Shown: positions 36,481-46,993, numbered from the stretch's first letter. The stretch: DNA of 64,000 bases from an uncultured Gammaproteobacteria bacterium (GCA_964627525.1 CAZVIA010000003.1:21367-85366); one strand, 5' to 3'. The notes: generated by a model not told the origin, from the sequence alone. A program made the numbers and translations.

Positions 36481-39057
36481 TTAAGTAGTAGGTTCAGTAG
36501 GTTGAGCCTCACCCAATGTATCTGAAACACCAAGAGCAGAACGATCCATTACTTCTTCTGCAACAATTTTTCTGTCACGACCATATTTTATTCGTGACAA
36601 TTTAATTATACTTTTTGCATACTCTTCATTTTCTGGAAGAGGTGGTTCTGTTGCCATATTAAATGGTTTGGCAGCAGTGTTATCTATCAACAATTTAACG
36701 TATGCAGTAAATTTTTCTACATTAATTAAATCATAAGCATTAAACACAGGTGCAAATTCTTTTGCTAAAATTTCTGAATCATCAGGTCCAATTCTAAATG
36801 CACACATAGTACCAGCATTACCTAGCACAGCGTCACGAACAGAAGAATCTCCTTTGGTAGAATCTGAAAGCTGTCCCATATATTGGTGAGCCATTATTAA
36901 ATTCAAACGATATTTACGAGCTTCAGACAAAATTGTTGAAATTGAATCTGTAATAAAGTTTTGAAATTCATCAATATATAAATAAAAATCATGGCGTTTG
37001 TCTTCAGAAATATCAGCACGACCAAGCGCAGCCATTTGTAATTTGGCAACAATAATCAAACCTAACAGCTTTGCATTAACTTCACCAGTTGTACCTTTGG
37101 CCAAATTAATTAACAAAATCTTTTTCTTATCCATTATTTCGCGAAAATCAAAACCAGATTTATTTTGTCCAATAATATTTCTCATCATTTCATTTCCAAC
37201 AAAACGCCCAACTTTTGAAATCAAATAACCAAGTGTTTCTGATTTGTGGAAGTCAGAAGTTTTTGCCATTTCTTTTTCCCAAAAAGCACGCACAACAGGA
37301 TCTTTAACTTTTTTAACCCAACCTTGTGCAAAAGCATCATCTGAAAACATTCTTGGAATTTCAGCAATTGTTCCAGGTTCTTTGATATCCGCCATTAATG
37401 TAAGCATCACATTTCTCATTTGATGTTCAAAAATAGGGCCAATCATTTCAGCTCCAAAAAGTTTGTAAAAAATTGAAATCATTTCCTGCACAACAAAATC
37501 TTTTTGGTCTTCTGTTTTTGCTTCAAGCATATTCAAACCAACAGGACGATCCATGTCTGAAGGATTGAAAATAATTACATCATCTTTTCTTTCTTCTGGA
37601 ATATTAGCTAAAACATGCATTACCAAATCTCCATGAGGATCTAACACACAAACACCTTCGCCATTTTTAACATCTTGAATTATCATGTTTTCCATGTACA
37701 CAGATTTTCCAGAACCAGACTTACCAATAATGTACATGTGACGACGACGATCTCCACGTTTAATTCGTACAGGAGTTTTTTCATTTCTATATAAAGCTTT
37801 ACCCAAAAGCAAGCCTTCTTCTGGCATGTTTGAAGGTGGGGGAGCTTTACGCGCAGACAACCAATTAATATTTGGAGTTTCAGTTGAAGGCAAAGGCAAA
37901 TGCCACATGCTTGTAATTTCTTCTGTATTTAAAATTATGGTTTTATTATCATGAAAAGCTCGATAAATAAAATCTTCTATTAAATGTCCTTGACCTCGCG
38001 GAGCTAAAGCTGAAAAAGAATTTCCGTATTGATAATTATTAAATTGTGAAAATGCATTTAATAAAGAATCTAAGTGTTGGCGCGCAGTTGTGTCATTATC
38101 TGTAGCAACAACAATTCTAATGTTTACATCTAAGCCAGCTTTTGAAGACTTAGCTTCAATTCTTTTTACAATCTCTTCTTCAGTTGCATTCATTCTAAAT
38201 GAATCTGGTGTTGATTGCATTTGCTGCTGCTGATCTTTTTGCCCAGTACCCAAAGCTTGTCCAAGAGCATTTCCAGCACTACTGCTTCCAGCTCCACCTC
38301 CCATTAATCCCGCATGCTTTTGTCCTTTGTATCTTCCTTTTTGCATTTTCTTTGAAATCATGGAAGTTTGTGACCGCCATTTTTTCTTAGAACTTCTTAT
38401 CACAAACTGAATTGCTGCACCTTCTTCTTTTGCTAATTTGCTCAAGGGATTTGTTAGGCCAGACAAAGGATCGCTTTCAAGTTCTTTGTATGTTTTTAAT
38501 GTGTGTGAAAAATGTTTTTTAAAAACCAAATACGCACCAATAATTGAACTGTCTTTTTTGAAAAAATTATAATCCTCGGTTTCATCAATTTGTGCATTAG
38601 GATATTGTGCAAGAATTTGTTGTGTTAAAAATTGTTGCAGTTTATTTGGCACAACAATATAAAAAGAAATCAAACCTTTGTTCATCACCATTTCAAAACT
38701 AATGTGATCTGTTCTTCCACGCAACCATGTCATAAACCCTCTTTGTGCGCGCAAACCACCAATTGTTGCAAACAAAGTTTCAGCAACAGCAATATCTTGA
38801 CGTATTCCATCAATTGAAACCTCTTCTTGTTTGTCTTTTTCAGCTTTTTCTTTTGGAATGCGAACAAGCAAAGTTTTCATGTTCAAACTTACGTGTTTGC
38901 GAAATTTTTGTTTAAGAACAGAACGTAAAATAAACAAAGATCCAACACCTGCCAAAATGCTAGCAATTCCAATAATTAATGAGAATATTAAAACTTCAGT
39001 ACTTGTTCCACTGCTCGCATAATTAGCTTGAGTGGTTAGTGTTAATTGTAAAAACAT
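36481..39057 (-). CDS. VirB4/VirD4(TraG/TraD)-like membrane ATPase
   Basis: RHMYIIGKSGSGKS, DPHGD, LYIDEFQ, EARKY, AHQY; N-terminal TM. Confidence 0.85.
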   Translation of the reverse strand: MFLQLTLTTQANYASSGTSTEVLIFSLIIGIASILAGVGSLFILRSVLKQKFRKHVSLNMKTLLVRIPKEKAEKDKQEEVSIDGIRQDIAVAETLFATIGGLRAQRGFMTWLRGRTDHISFEMVMNKGLISFYIVVPNKLQQFLTQQILAQYPNAQIDETEDYNFFKKDSSIIGAYLVFKKHFSHTLKTYKELESDPLSGLTNPLSKLAKEEGAAIQFVIRSSKKKWRSQTSMISKKMQKGRYKGQKHAGLMGGGAGSSSAGNALGQALGTGQKDQQQQMQSTPDSFRMNATEEEIVKRIEAKSSKAGLDVNIRIVVATDNDTTARQHLDSLLNAFSQFNNYQYGNSFSALAPRGQGHLIEDFIYRAFHDNKTIILNTEEITSMWHLPLPSTETPNINWLSARKAPPPSNMPEEGLLLGKALYRNEKTPVRIKRGDRRRHMYIIGKSGSGKSVYMENMIIQDVKNGEGVCVLDPHGDLVMHVLANIPEERKDDVIIFNPSDMDRPVGLNMLEAKTEDQKDFVVQEMISIFYKLFGAEMIGPIFEHQMRNVMLTLMADIKEPGTIAEIPRMFSDDAFAQGWVKKVKDPVVRAFWEKEMAKTSDFHKSETLGYLISKVGRFVGNEMMRNIIGQNKSGFDFREIMDKKKILLINLAKGTTGEVNAKLLGLIIVAKLQMAALGRADISEDKRHDFYLYIDEFQNFITDSISTILSEARKYRLNLIMAHQYMGQLSDSTKGDSSVRDAVLGNAGTMCAFRIGPDDSEILAKEFAPVFNAYDLINVEKFTAYVKLLIDNTAAKPFNMATEPPLPENEEYAKSIIKLSRIKYGRDRKIVAEEVMDRSALGVSDTLGEAQPTEPTT

Positions 39058-39058
39058 T

Positions 39059-39592
39059 TTATTTTCGTAAATTCAGAATTTTTTCAGCTTTGATTTTTGC
39101 TTTTTTTTCTAAGAAAAACTTATTGACTCCAGGTATCATCTTTAGCCAATTAGAAATAATAGATAATACTTTTTTAATTTTAACAACACCAGATTTTAAA
39201 ATTTGTCTTATTGTTGACGTAGCTTTTTCACCCTCAAGTTTAAATTCAGTTTGTTGTTCAGGACTCATTGTAAAATAAACTTCTTCTAAATCATCTTCTA
39301 ATATTTTTTCAATTTCTTTTGTGAGCTCGTCTTTTGGAATTTGAATTTGTTGAGTGGAAGTTTCTTGGGTTTGTGTTGTAGTTGTTGTCGGAGCTGGAGC
39401 TGGATCTAAAGTCGTAGTTTCAGTCGCAACTTCTTGTGTTAAATTTTCAACAATAGCTTCTGTTGTTTCTGTTTCAACTTTTTTGTCAGGTGTTTTAGGT
39501 AAAGCAAAACCACCCTTTTGTTCAGGATTTTTTTTCGTAACCTTTTCAGGTTTTGTTTTTGTATTTACCATATTTGCATTATACCAGTTCAA
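39059..39592 (-). CDS. Conserved hypothetical protein upstream of the ATPase
   Basis: Thr/Pro-rich linker; WLK.IPGVNKFFLE..AKIK C-terminus. Confidence 0.7.
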   Translation of the reverse strand: MNWYNANMVNTKTKPEKVTKKNPEQKGGFALPKTPDKKVETETTEAIVENLTQEVATETTTLDPAPAPTTTTTQTQETSTQQIQIPKDELTKEIEKILEDDLEEVYFTMSPEQQTEFKLEGEKATSTIRQILKSGVVKIKKVLSIISNWLKMIPGVNKFFLEKKAKIKAEKILNLRK

Positions 39593-39631
39593 GAAAAATT
39601 ATGGTATACTTATTTTATTAAAAAGCTGTGC

Positions 39632-40564
39632 ATGGCATCTAAATACATTCACACTTTAAAATTAAATAAAATTGATTGGGTGCATGTCACTAAATCTGAT
39701 CCAGAGATTTTGGAGGAGCTAACAGAGAAATTTGATTTAGATCCACAAGATGTACAAGAGGTGTTACCACCTAATCGTCGTTCAAAAATGGTCAAAAGGG
39801 AGGGCTATGTATTTTTGATTTTACATTTTCCTGTTTATAATCGTACAACTGGCAGAATGGTGAGCCATGAGTTGTACTTTTTTGTTACAAAAAACACATT
39901 GATCAGCATAAGTCCACAAGGCACTCCGGCTTTAACAAAAATTTATAAAGAAGTTCATGATGGTGATTGGCTTGATGAAGCTGGAAAGGCAAGTGAGTTT
40001 TTGTTGTGGATAATTCATGAATTATTAAATGAGGTGTTTCCAATGTTAAGGCATGTTGGAAATGATTTAGAGGAAATTCAGGATCAGATTTTTGAAGTAA
40101 AGCATAAGCACAAGAAAAATGTGCTGGAAATTTTGAGAATTAAAACAAACATTGTACTTGTAAAGCGTGCAATGCAACCACACAAAAATTTAGTGGAAAA
40201 ATTTGCTGATAATTTAAAGGGAACTGTTTTGGGTGGGGGAGTGAATTTGGAATATGAAACACAACACATTAGGGAGATTGCAGTTGAGTTGTGGCAGTTG
40301 TTGGCTTCTCAAGAAAGCACGATTAATGATTTGCACGAAACAAATGAGTCGCTGATTAATAGCCGAACAAATGATATTATGCGGACTTTGACGATTTTTT
40401 CTGTGATTGTTTTTCCTTTGACGCTGTTGGCTTCAATGTTTGGAATGAATACTGTGAATACTCCGATTGTTGGGCATGCAATTGATTTTTGGATGATTGT
40501 GATTGTGATGATTGTTGGAACTATTGGAATGATTGCGTTTTTCAGGGCGAAAAAGTGGATTTAG
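39632..40564 (+). CDS. corA: CorA-family Mg2+/Co2+ transporter
   Basis: N..MR.LT...PLT......FGMN motif and two C-terminal TMs. Confidence 0.9.
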   Translation: MASKYIHTLKLNKIDWVHVTKSDPEILEELTEKFDLDPQDVQEVLPPNRRSKMVKREGYVFLILHFPVYNRTTGRMVSHELYFFVTKNTLISISPQGTPALTKIYKEVHDGDWLDEAGKASEFLLWIIHELLNEVFPMLRHVGNDLEEIQDQIFEVKHKHKKNVLEILRIKTNIVLVKRAMQPHKNLVEKFADNLKGTVLGGGVNLEYETQHIREIAVELWQLLASQESTINDLHETNESLINSRTNDIMRTLTIFSVIVFPLTLLASMFGMNTVNTPIVGHAIDFWMIVIVMIVGTIGMIAFFRAKKWI

Positions 40565-40709
40565 GTGGGGAAAATTTAATAATTATGCAAAAACATAAGC
40601 AGTTTAGCGACTGTTTGTTTTTATATTACCAACCATACGCTTTTATCGACACGTTTGTCTGTTTTGGAGTGGCTCTTGACAAAATCTTTAATTTGTGCTA
40701 TACTAGTTT

Positions 40710-40902
40710 AGTCAATCAGGTGAAAGCCTTTATTGCTTGACCATGTTGGGTCAGGTGGGCAGAGATACGAAACCAGTCAAATGGGAGTAGGGTTTGGCCA
40801 CGGCATCAAAGGTGGAAAGCTGATTGTACTTTCCCGCTAGTTACAGGTCTGAAAACCTGGGCGGAAGAGGCGGTCTGAACATCGGATCGCCTATTTTTTT
40901 TT
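40710..40902 (+). ncRNA. Candidate structured ncRNA of about 190 nt
   Basis: TTGACA-17-TATACT promoter at 40676-40704, no ORF, several stems, terminator AGGCGGTC...GATCGCCT + T-run. Confidence 0.45.
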
Positions 40903-40921
40903 ATAAATTTTTAATTTAAAT

Positions 40922-41211
40922 AAAAAAGAAGGGGTTCCGTGGGAAAACCCCTTCTTTAATGCCTACTAGCTTTTCGTAGTGATAGTGATGGCATGCAGAG
41001 CTTCGTGTTACAGAAGGTCCTCACATCTACAAAAAGACTAGCTCAGCTAGGTTAGTAAGGGCTTGCTGCAGTATGACCAATGTATTTACTACACTTTCTC
41101 ACCCAAAGATAGGGTGCTCGCGGGATTCGAACCCGGGCTGCAGGGCTGATCAGGCCAACACCCAATCTCTTCCTCCGTTAATCGTCGCGCGGTTTCCAGT
41201 GGCAGACTGAT
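40922..41211 (-). ncRNA. Candidate ncRNA with tRNA-like T-arm (Y-RNA-like topology)
   Basis: Promoter TTGCAC-17-TATCTT; CGGG-TTCGAAT-CCCG; terminator GAAGGGGTT...AACCCCTTC + T-run. Confidence 0.45.
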
Positions 41212-41317
41212 GATAAGATAGCATGTTGGGTTTGGGTGTGCAAGAGGTGTGGGTTTTCAAGAAATAGTTTTTTATAGTAAGATGCAGAAGGAGTTAAACT
41301 TGGGGAGGGTGTTTCAG

Positions 41318-41545
41318 ATGACGAGGTATTTTTTGGTTTCTTTGGCAATGGTGCTGATTGGTCTTGGGTCTGTTGTTGTAGATCGATTCTATGGTGTTTC
41401 ACCTTTTCCAAGTGGAGCACTGGCTGGTGGCGGTGTTGCTTTGGTTTTGGTTGGGTTTTGCAGTGCGGCGGCAATACTAAAGATGGTGGTAGCTCGTGAT
41501 CGTGACGCCCGTACAAATCGTGTAAATGAGGAAACACGGACTTGA
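41318..41545 (+). CDS. Small 2-TM hypothetical protein
   Basis: GGAGG SD before ATG; terminator-like hairpin downstream. Confidence 0.55.
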   Translation: MTRYFLVSLAMVLIGLGSVVVDRFYGVSPFPSGALAGGGVALVLVGFCSAAAILKMVVARDRDARTNRVNEETRT

Positions 41546-41659
41546 ACCTATGCATAACAGCATAAACAAACTCCATGTTGGCGTCCTTGAGAGGGGAGGG
41601 TCAGTATGGAGTTTTGTGATTATTTGGGGCGGTGGTGTTTTGGTCAATTAATTAAAAAA

Positions 41660-41980
41660 TTAGTCCCACAATGTCCCGTCCAGCCCTAAAACAATACCTA
41701 ACCAAAGTGCGACGATAAAAGCTAATGCGCTAAATAAAAAAACCAAAAAAATTGTTAATTTCTTTTTGGGGCGAATAAAGTTTTTAAGATAAAAAGATAA
41801 AATACCCAATGCTCCAGCTAGGGGTGTAATAATTAAAGGTCTGATTTTCCAGAGTTTTCCCCAATTTGGATCTGGTTCATCAACTGAAAATACAAGAAGA
41901 GAAATAATAATCAAACCTATTACTGCGCCTAGGAGCATTCTTTTAAGTAGTGATTTTGGGCTTGGGGGTTGTGGGGTCAT
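41660..41980 (-). CDS. Small 3-TM membrane protein
   Basis: P.P.WG..W.IRPLI..PLAGA.G; VLGLDGTLWD C-terminus. Confidence 0.7.
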   Translation of the reverse strand: MTPQPPSPKSLLKRMLLGAVIGLIIISLLVFSVDEPDPNWGKLWKIRPLIITPLAGALGILSFYLKNFIRPKKKLTIFLVFLFSALAFIVALWLGIVLGLDGTLWD

Positions 41981-42129
41981 AAATCATTCTCACAAATCTA
42001 TTAACAAATTTTCCCTAAATTTAACCAAAAAATTTAATCATTCTAAAAACTTGACATTGTTATTTTGTTGTGTTAATGTTTTATGTCACGAAAGGTTTGT
42101 GGCAACTCTTTAAAAGAAGGAGGATAAAG

Positions 42130-42582
42130 ATGTCATTTGATCGGGCAAATATTGACCGTGCCATTGTGATGACTCAGTATGATTTGCGTGGTTTTCTTAG
42201 TCCTCTGGGTTTTAGGTATAAGGAGCACACACCTAAGACGTTGGATGCAACAACATGCAATCTTGTTGCTTTTGCTATTGGGTTGGGTAAAGATGATAAA
42301 ACACAATTGACTGAAAATGATTATGTAGATTATTTTACTAGTACTTATGATGAGTACCTTGCTATGTGTAAGCGGTTGGTTGAGGTTTGCGACTGTTCGC
42401 AGAAGGAGGCAATCCAACTGATCATCCAAGATATTGTTAGGCGTAGCAACCAAATGAAGGTTGAAGTTGCTGATGGCGATATGGAACCCTCTCCGTACCT
42501 TTTGCCTCTTTCCAAGGACAATCGTTGGGGAAGGGCAATTTGTGTCTTGGCTGAAGTATTTGAGGTTGACATCAGTAAATAA
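42130..42582 (+). CDS. Hypothetical protein
   Basis: AGGAGG SD, TTGACA promoter upstream. Confidence 0.65.
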   Translation: MSFDRANIDRAIVMTQYDLRGFLSPLGFRYKEHTPKTLDATTCNLVAFAIGLGKDDKTQLTENDYVDYFTSTYDEYLAMCKRLVEVCDCSQKEAIQLIIQDIVRRSNQMKVEVADGDMEPSPYLLPLSKDNRWGRAICVLAEVFEVDISK

Positions 42583-42656
42583 ACAATTTTAACTCTCTGT
42601 CTTAACACCCTAACAAGAAGCTTTGTGCTGTCTGAGTGCAGTCAAGGTTTCTTTTT

Positions 42657-44162
42657 TTAAACTCTCCCCAAAACCTGCCCATTCTCACCATCCTTAACAT
42701 CCCAACCTTTTTTCTTTAACAAATCCCGCAACTTATCAGAACTTTCCCAATCTTTGTTTGCACGAGCTTTGGCACGCTCATCCAAAATCTTTTGCACATA
42801 TTTTGGAATTTCGCCAGCACTAATAGCCCCACCACTGCCACTACCAGATCCAATCCCAGCCCCACTGCTGGGGTTTTTTATTTTATTTAATAAATTCAAT
42901 CCCAACACATCGTCCAAAATCAAAACCGTAGCAACAACTTCAGGATTTACATCACCAGATTTTCCAAGAGCTTTCCAAATAAATCCCAAAGCCTTAGAAG
43001 TGTTTAAATCATCATTAAAAGATTTTATAACTTGTTTGTACAGTGTTTCATCACGTTTAGACGCTGGCTTAACCAAACTTAATCGAGCAACTAATTTTTC
43101 TAAACCAGCTTTTGCACCATCTAAAGCATCCCAAGAAAAACTAATCTGCTTGCGGTAATGAGTTTGTAACAAAAAATAACGATAAGTCAAAGCATCATAA
43201 CCTCGCTCAATCACATCATTTAAAGTAATAAAATTCCCAGCAGATTTTGCCATTTTGGTTTCAGCCTCAGTTTTAGAATCATCCTTAGCCCCCGCTCCAG
43301 CACCACCACTAATAACAACAAACTCATTATGCATCCAAAACCGCGCAAACTCTTTACCAGTCGCACTCTCACTTTGTGCAATTTCATTTGTGTGATGAAT
43401 TGGAATATGATCAACACCACCGCAATGAATATCAATTGTCTGACCCAACTCTTTCATTGCCATTGCAGAACATTCAATATGCCATCCAGGAAAACCTTTA
43501 CCCCAAGGAGAATCCCATTCCATTTGTCGTTTTTTCGCTCCAGCCTTAGCCCCACCAGCCCCAATAACATCAGAAAATTTCCACAAAGCAAAATCAGTCG
43601 CACCACGCTTTTCCTTAATATCAACACGCGCGCCTTCTTGAATTCCTTTTATATAATCAGCCCCAGCCAATTTTCCATAATCAGCCAACTTAGAAGTATC
43701 AAAATAAATTCCATCAGAAGTTTTATATGTAAAACCTTTTTCCTCCAAAACTCCAACCAATTTAATTTGTTCCTTAATATAATCAGTGGCACGAGTAAAT
43801 TTTGTTGGCTCCAAAATATTTAAATCCACCAAATTTTGTTGAAAAGCCTTAAAATAAAATCTAGACAATTCCCAAACATCCTTTTTCTCTTTCAAAGCCG
43901 CGCGCTCCAACTTATCTTCACCATCATCTGCATCATCTGTTAAATGCCCAACATCTGTGATATTCATCACATGTTTTACTTTAAATTTATTCATCAGCAA
44001 AACTCGTTTTAAAATATCTTCAAAAATATAACTGCGCAAATTTCCAATGTGCGCATAATTATAAACAGTTGGTCCGCAAGTGTATAAATTTATAGTCTTA
44101 CCTTTCAAAGGTTTGAAAGTTTGCTTTTTGCGTTTGAGTGTGTTGAAAAGTTTTAATTCCAT
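42657..44162 (-). CDS. cysS: Cysteine--tRNA ligase
   Basis: CGPTVY, HIGN, PGWHIECS, KMAKS. Confidence 0.95.
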   Translation of the reverse strand: MELKLFNTLKRKKQTFKPLKGKTINLYTCGPTVYNYAHIGNLRSYIFEDILKRVLLMNKFKVKHVMNITDVGHLTDDADDGEDKLERAALKEKKDVWELSRFYFKAFQQNLVDLNILEPTKFTRATDYIKEQIKLVGVLEEKGFTYKTSDGIYFDTSKLADYGKLAGADYIKGIQEGARVDIKEKRGATDFALWKFSDVIGAGGAKAGAKKRQMEWDSPWGKGFPGWHIECSAMAMKELGQTIDIHCGGVDHIPIHHTNEIAQSESATGKEFARFWMHNEFVVISGGAGAGAKDDSKTEAETKMAKSAGNFITLNDVIERGYDALTYRYFLLQTHYRKQISFSWDALDGAKAGLEKLVARLSLVKPASKRDETLYKQVIKSFNDDLNTSKALGFIWKALGKSGDVNPEVVATVLILDDVLGLNLLNKIKNPSSGAGIGSGSGSGGAISAGEIPKYVQKILDERAKARANKDWESSDKLRDLLKKKGWDVKDGENGQVLGRV

Positions 44163-44226
44163 ATGCATATTGCTATGTGTATATACTAACACAACAAATA
44201 TATTTTGTGGTATACTATTTTCATCT

Positions 44227-45315
44227 ATGGGATTATTTTCAAAATCAAATGAACATGTTTTAGGTGTAGATATTGGTGCTGGTGGAGTAAAAATGGTTGA
44301 GCTTGTAAAAAGTGGCAAGCGACCAAAACTTTTTACTTATGGAATTGCAAATGCAAGTGCGCCAATTATCCACATGCAATCTGAAACTCCTGAAGAAGAG
44401 GAAAAAGCTATTGGTTTACAAGCTACGCGTTTGCGTAAGGTTTTTGATGCGTCAAAATGTCAGGCAACAAAAGCTGCAGCTAGTATTCCTGTGTCGCATG
44501 TTTCTAGTCTAATGGTAAGAGTTCCAGAAGGTGAGCCAAAAACAATGCAAGAGCAAGCAGAAGCTCAAGCAATAAAATTATTACCATACCCTGTGGAAGA
44601 AATGGTTTTGGACACAAGAATTATGAAAGAGCGAATGGCGGATCTTGGTGAGAAAAAATCTAAAAAAACACGTGAGGTAATGGTTGTGGCAACTTTAAGT
44701 AAAATTGTTGAGCGTTACAGTAAAATTTTTGCAAAAGCAAATATTCCTTTGGACAGTTTAGAAACAGAGGCTTTTGCTTTGGTGCGTGCTTTGGTTGGAA
44801 ATGATCCATCAGCTGTTATGATTGTGGATATTGGAACTGAACGTACAAATTTTTTCATGGTAGAGCGCGGAATTCCAAGAACACAAAGAAGTATAAGTTT
44901 GGGTGGGGCTACTTTTACAAAAACTATTCAGGAAATTGTGCAAGTGGAAAAAGATGAGGCAGAGCAAATTAAAAAAGACTTAAGTAGATCTGAAAATCCT
45001 GATGCGCAAAAAATTGTTCGCGAGTTGTTGGATAGAAGTTTGAAACCAATAATCAAGGAAATTGATTATGGTTTTATGTTATTTTCAGAACAAATCCATC
45101 GCAAAAATACCAAACCAGAGAAAATTATCTTAACTGGTGGTAGTTCTGGAATTCCACAACTTGGTCATATGCTTGAACAAAATTTTCAGATCAAGTCATA
45201 TATTGGAGATCCATGGGCACGTGTTTTGCATGCAAGTGATTTAAAACCAGTTTTGCATAGTATAGGTCCGAGAATGAGTGTAACACTTGGGTTGGCAATG
45301 CGTTTGGCGATGTAA
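44227..45315 (+). CDS. pilM: Type IV pilus assembly protein PilM
   Basis: LGVDIG...KMVEL, IVDIG, ILTGG actin-like fold. Confidence 0.85.
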   Translation: MGLFSKSNEHVLGVDIGAGGVKMVELVKSGKRPKLFTYGIANASAPIIHMQSETPEEEEKAIGLQATRLRKVFDASKCQATKAAASIPVSHVSSLMVRVPEGEPKTMQEQAEAQAIKLLPYPVEEMVLDTRIMKERMADLGEKKSKKTREVMVVATLSKIVERYSKIFAKANIPLDSLETEAFALVRALVGNDPSAVMIVDIGTERTNFFMVERGIPRTQRSISLGGATFTKTIQEIVQVEKDEAEQIKKDLSRSENPDAQKIVRELLDRSLKPIIKEIDYGFMLFSEQIHRKNTKPEKIILTGGSSGIPQLGHMLEQNFQIKSYIGDPWARVLHASDLKPVLHSIGPRMSVTLGLAMRLAM

Positions 45316-45332
45316 AAATAAAAACAAAGGCT

Positions 45333-45686
45333 ATGTCAAAAATATTATTTGTTGAGCCAGATAAATTTTTAGCAGAAATTTTACAAAAAAAATTGGAATT
45401 AGAAAACCATCAGGTGCATATTGAGCCAAGTGCCAAGCGCATGGTGGATTATTTAAAAAAGAAAGTTCCAGATATAATAGTTGTGGATAATAGTGTTGGC
45501 GCAGTAGAGGTTTTGGAAAATTTGTCTGAAAATACAAAATTTAGTAAGATTCCAGTTGTGGTGCAAGCTCCACATATGAGTAGGGAAGAGATAAAACAAA
45601 TTTATGATGCTGGTGCTGTTTCAATAATAATTTCAACGCAAGCAACACCAACAGAAATTGTTAAACAAATTACAAAACATATTTAA
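45333..45686 (+). CDS. Stand-alone receiver-domain protein (atypical)
   Basis: KILFVE.D, PDIIVVD, IPVVV, AGA. Confidence 0.75.
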   Translation: MSKILFVEPDKFLAEILQKKLELENHQVHIEPSAKRMVDYLKKKVPDIIVVDNSVGAVEVLENLSENTKFSKIPVVVQAPHMSREEIKQIYDAGAVSIIISTQATPTEIVKQITKHI

Positions 45687-45692
45687 AAAAAT

Positions 45693-46163
45693 ATGATGAA
45701 TAAGCGCAAAAGCAAACGAAAAGGTTTTACATTGATTGAATTATTAGTAGTAATAGCTATTATCGGGATTTTGGCGACTCTCGCTGTGGTGGCTTTGGGC
45801 CAAGCAAGAGAGCAAACTCGGGATAAAGTTAGGATTGCAGATTTAACAATTGTTCATGCAAATCTTGAGTTGTTTTTTGCAAATAAAAAAGAATATCCAC
45901 GAGCAGATCAAGTTGTATCAATTGGAGTTGGGGAGTATAGATTGATTTGTGATGATGAAGCCGATGGTTTTGCAATAAATAATGAGGATTGTGTGGATAC
46001 AGATTTGGCAAGTATAATTCCAGTGGCTCCTAATGGTACTGGGTCGTATCAATACGAATCAAAAGAACCGTACACAAGTTATAGTGTTAGTGCGACTTTG
46101 GAAGGTGAAATTGATGGTTTGACTGGAACAGTGCGAATTGGTCCTGGAGGAGTTATACAATAA
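45693..46163 (+). CDS. Type IV pilin / pseudopilin
   Basis: KGFTLIELLVVIAIIGILA class III signal peptide. Confidence 0.92.
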   Translation: MMNKRKSKRKGFTLIELLVVIAIIGILATLAVVALGQAREQTRDKVRIADLTIVHANLELFFANKKEYPRADQVVSIGVGEYRLICDDEADGFAINNEDCVDTDLASIIPVAPNGTGSYQYESKEPYTSYSVSATLEGEIDGLTGTVRIGPGGVIQ

Positions 46164-46189
46164 TTTTGGTTTAATTTTGGGCGAAATTT

Positions 46190-46978
46190 ATGAATGAGTA
46201 CGAATGGGGGAAAATCGTATTAATTTTTGTTTTAGGTGCGAGTATTGGAAGTTTTTTGCATGCAATGGTTTGGAGAATTCAAAACAATTTTCCAATTATT
46301 TTGTCGCGTTCGCGTTGTGAAAAATGTGGTGTAGAATTAAAATGGTATGAATTAATTCCTTTGATAAGTTATTGGATTTGCCGTGCAAAATGTGCAAAGT
46401 GTAAACAAAAATTAAGTATCTCGTTGTTTTTGGTTGAGGTAGTAACTGGTTTAGTTTTTGTTGGTTTGTATTATCATCATTTTTATAATTTAGGATGTGT
46501 AGATTTTAGAGAAATGTGTGGAACAGCTTTTTGGTTACAGCTGTTTTTCTTTTGCGGATTATTTGCTTTATTTTTGTCTGACTTGTGGTATCAAACTTTG
46601 CCAGATTCGCTAACAATAACTTTGATTGCAATTTTATTATTATTAAATTTGTTTGCACATATAAATCCTTTGGGAGAAGTATTGATTGGCGCAGCAATTG
46701 GAGGTGGTGTGTTTTTGTTTCAATGGTTGATTAGTAAAGGAAAGTGGATTGGTTCAGGAGATATAATTTTGGGAGTAATTTTAGGTTTGTTATTAGGTAT
46801 AAAAGTTATTGGAGCAATTGCAGCTGCTTATATTTTTGGCGCGATCGTAGCAATTTTCTTGTTAGTTTTCGGGAAAAAGAAAAAAGGGGACACAATGCCA
46901 TTGGGAGTGTTTTTAACTTTTTTTGGTCTTGTGTTTTTTATGTTTGGTGATAGGATTGTTGAGTGGTTTATTAAGTAG
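46190..46978 (+). CDS. pilD: Prepilin peptidase
   Basis: GSFL, RS.C..C, C..C, LPD, G.GD. Confidence 0.9.
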   Translation: MNEYEWGKIVLIFVLGASIGSFLHAMVWRIQNNFPIILSRSRCEKCGVELKWYELIPLISYWICRAKCAKCKQKLSISLFLVEVVTGLVFVGLYYHHFYNLGCVDFREMCGTAFWLQLFFFCGLFALFLSDLWYQTLPDSLTITLIAILLLLNLFAHINPLGEVLIGAAIGGGVFLFQWLISKGKWIGSGDIILGVILGLLLGIKVIGAIAAAYIFGAIVAIFLLVFGKKKKGDTMPLGVFLTFFGLVFFMFGDRIVEWFIK

Positions 46979-46993
46979 TTGGTTTTATACAAT

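Noticed and set aside
36481-39057. Conjugative element around the VirB4/VirD4-like ATPase
   Set aside because: Lies among core genes with no relaxase or mating-pair genes; more likely a resident chromosomal gene
41112-41163. Canonical tRNA or tmRNA
   Set aside because: T-arm present, but no anticodon arm, no CCA, no G3-U70 alanine identity and no tag-like reading frame
41200-41270. Hammerhead ribozyme (CTGATGA at about 41207)
   Set aside because: No stem II followed by GAAA in the required arrangement; the region is better explained as a minus-strand promoter
42657-43600. Inteins or mobile insertions in cysS
   Set aside because: Inserts are short Gly/Ala/Ser low-complexity loops without intein motifs
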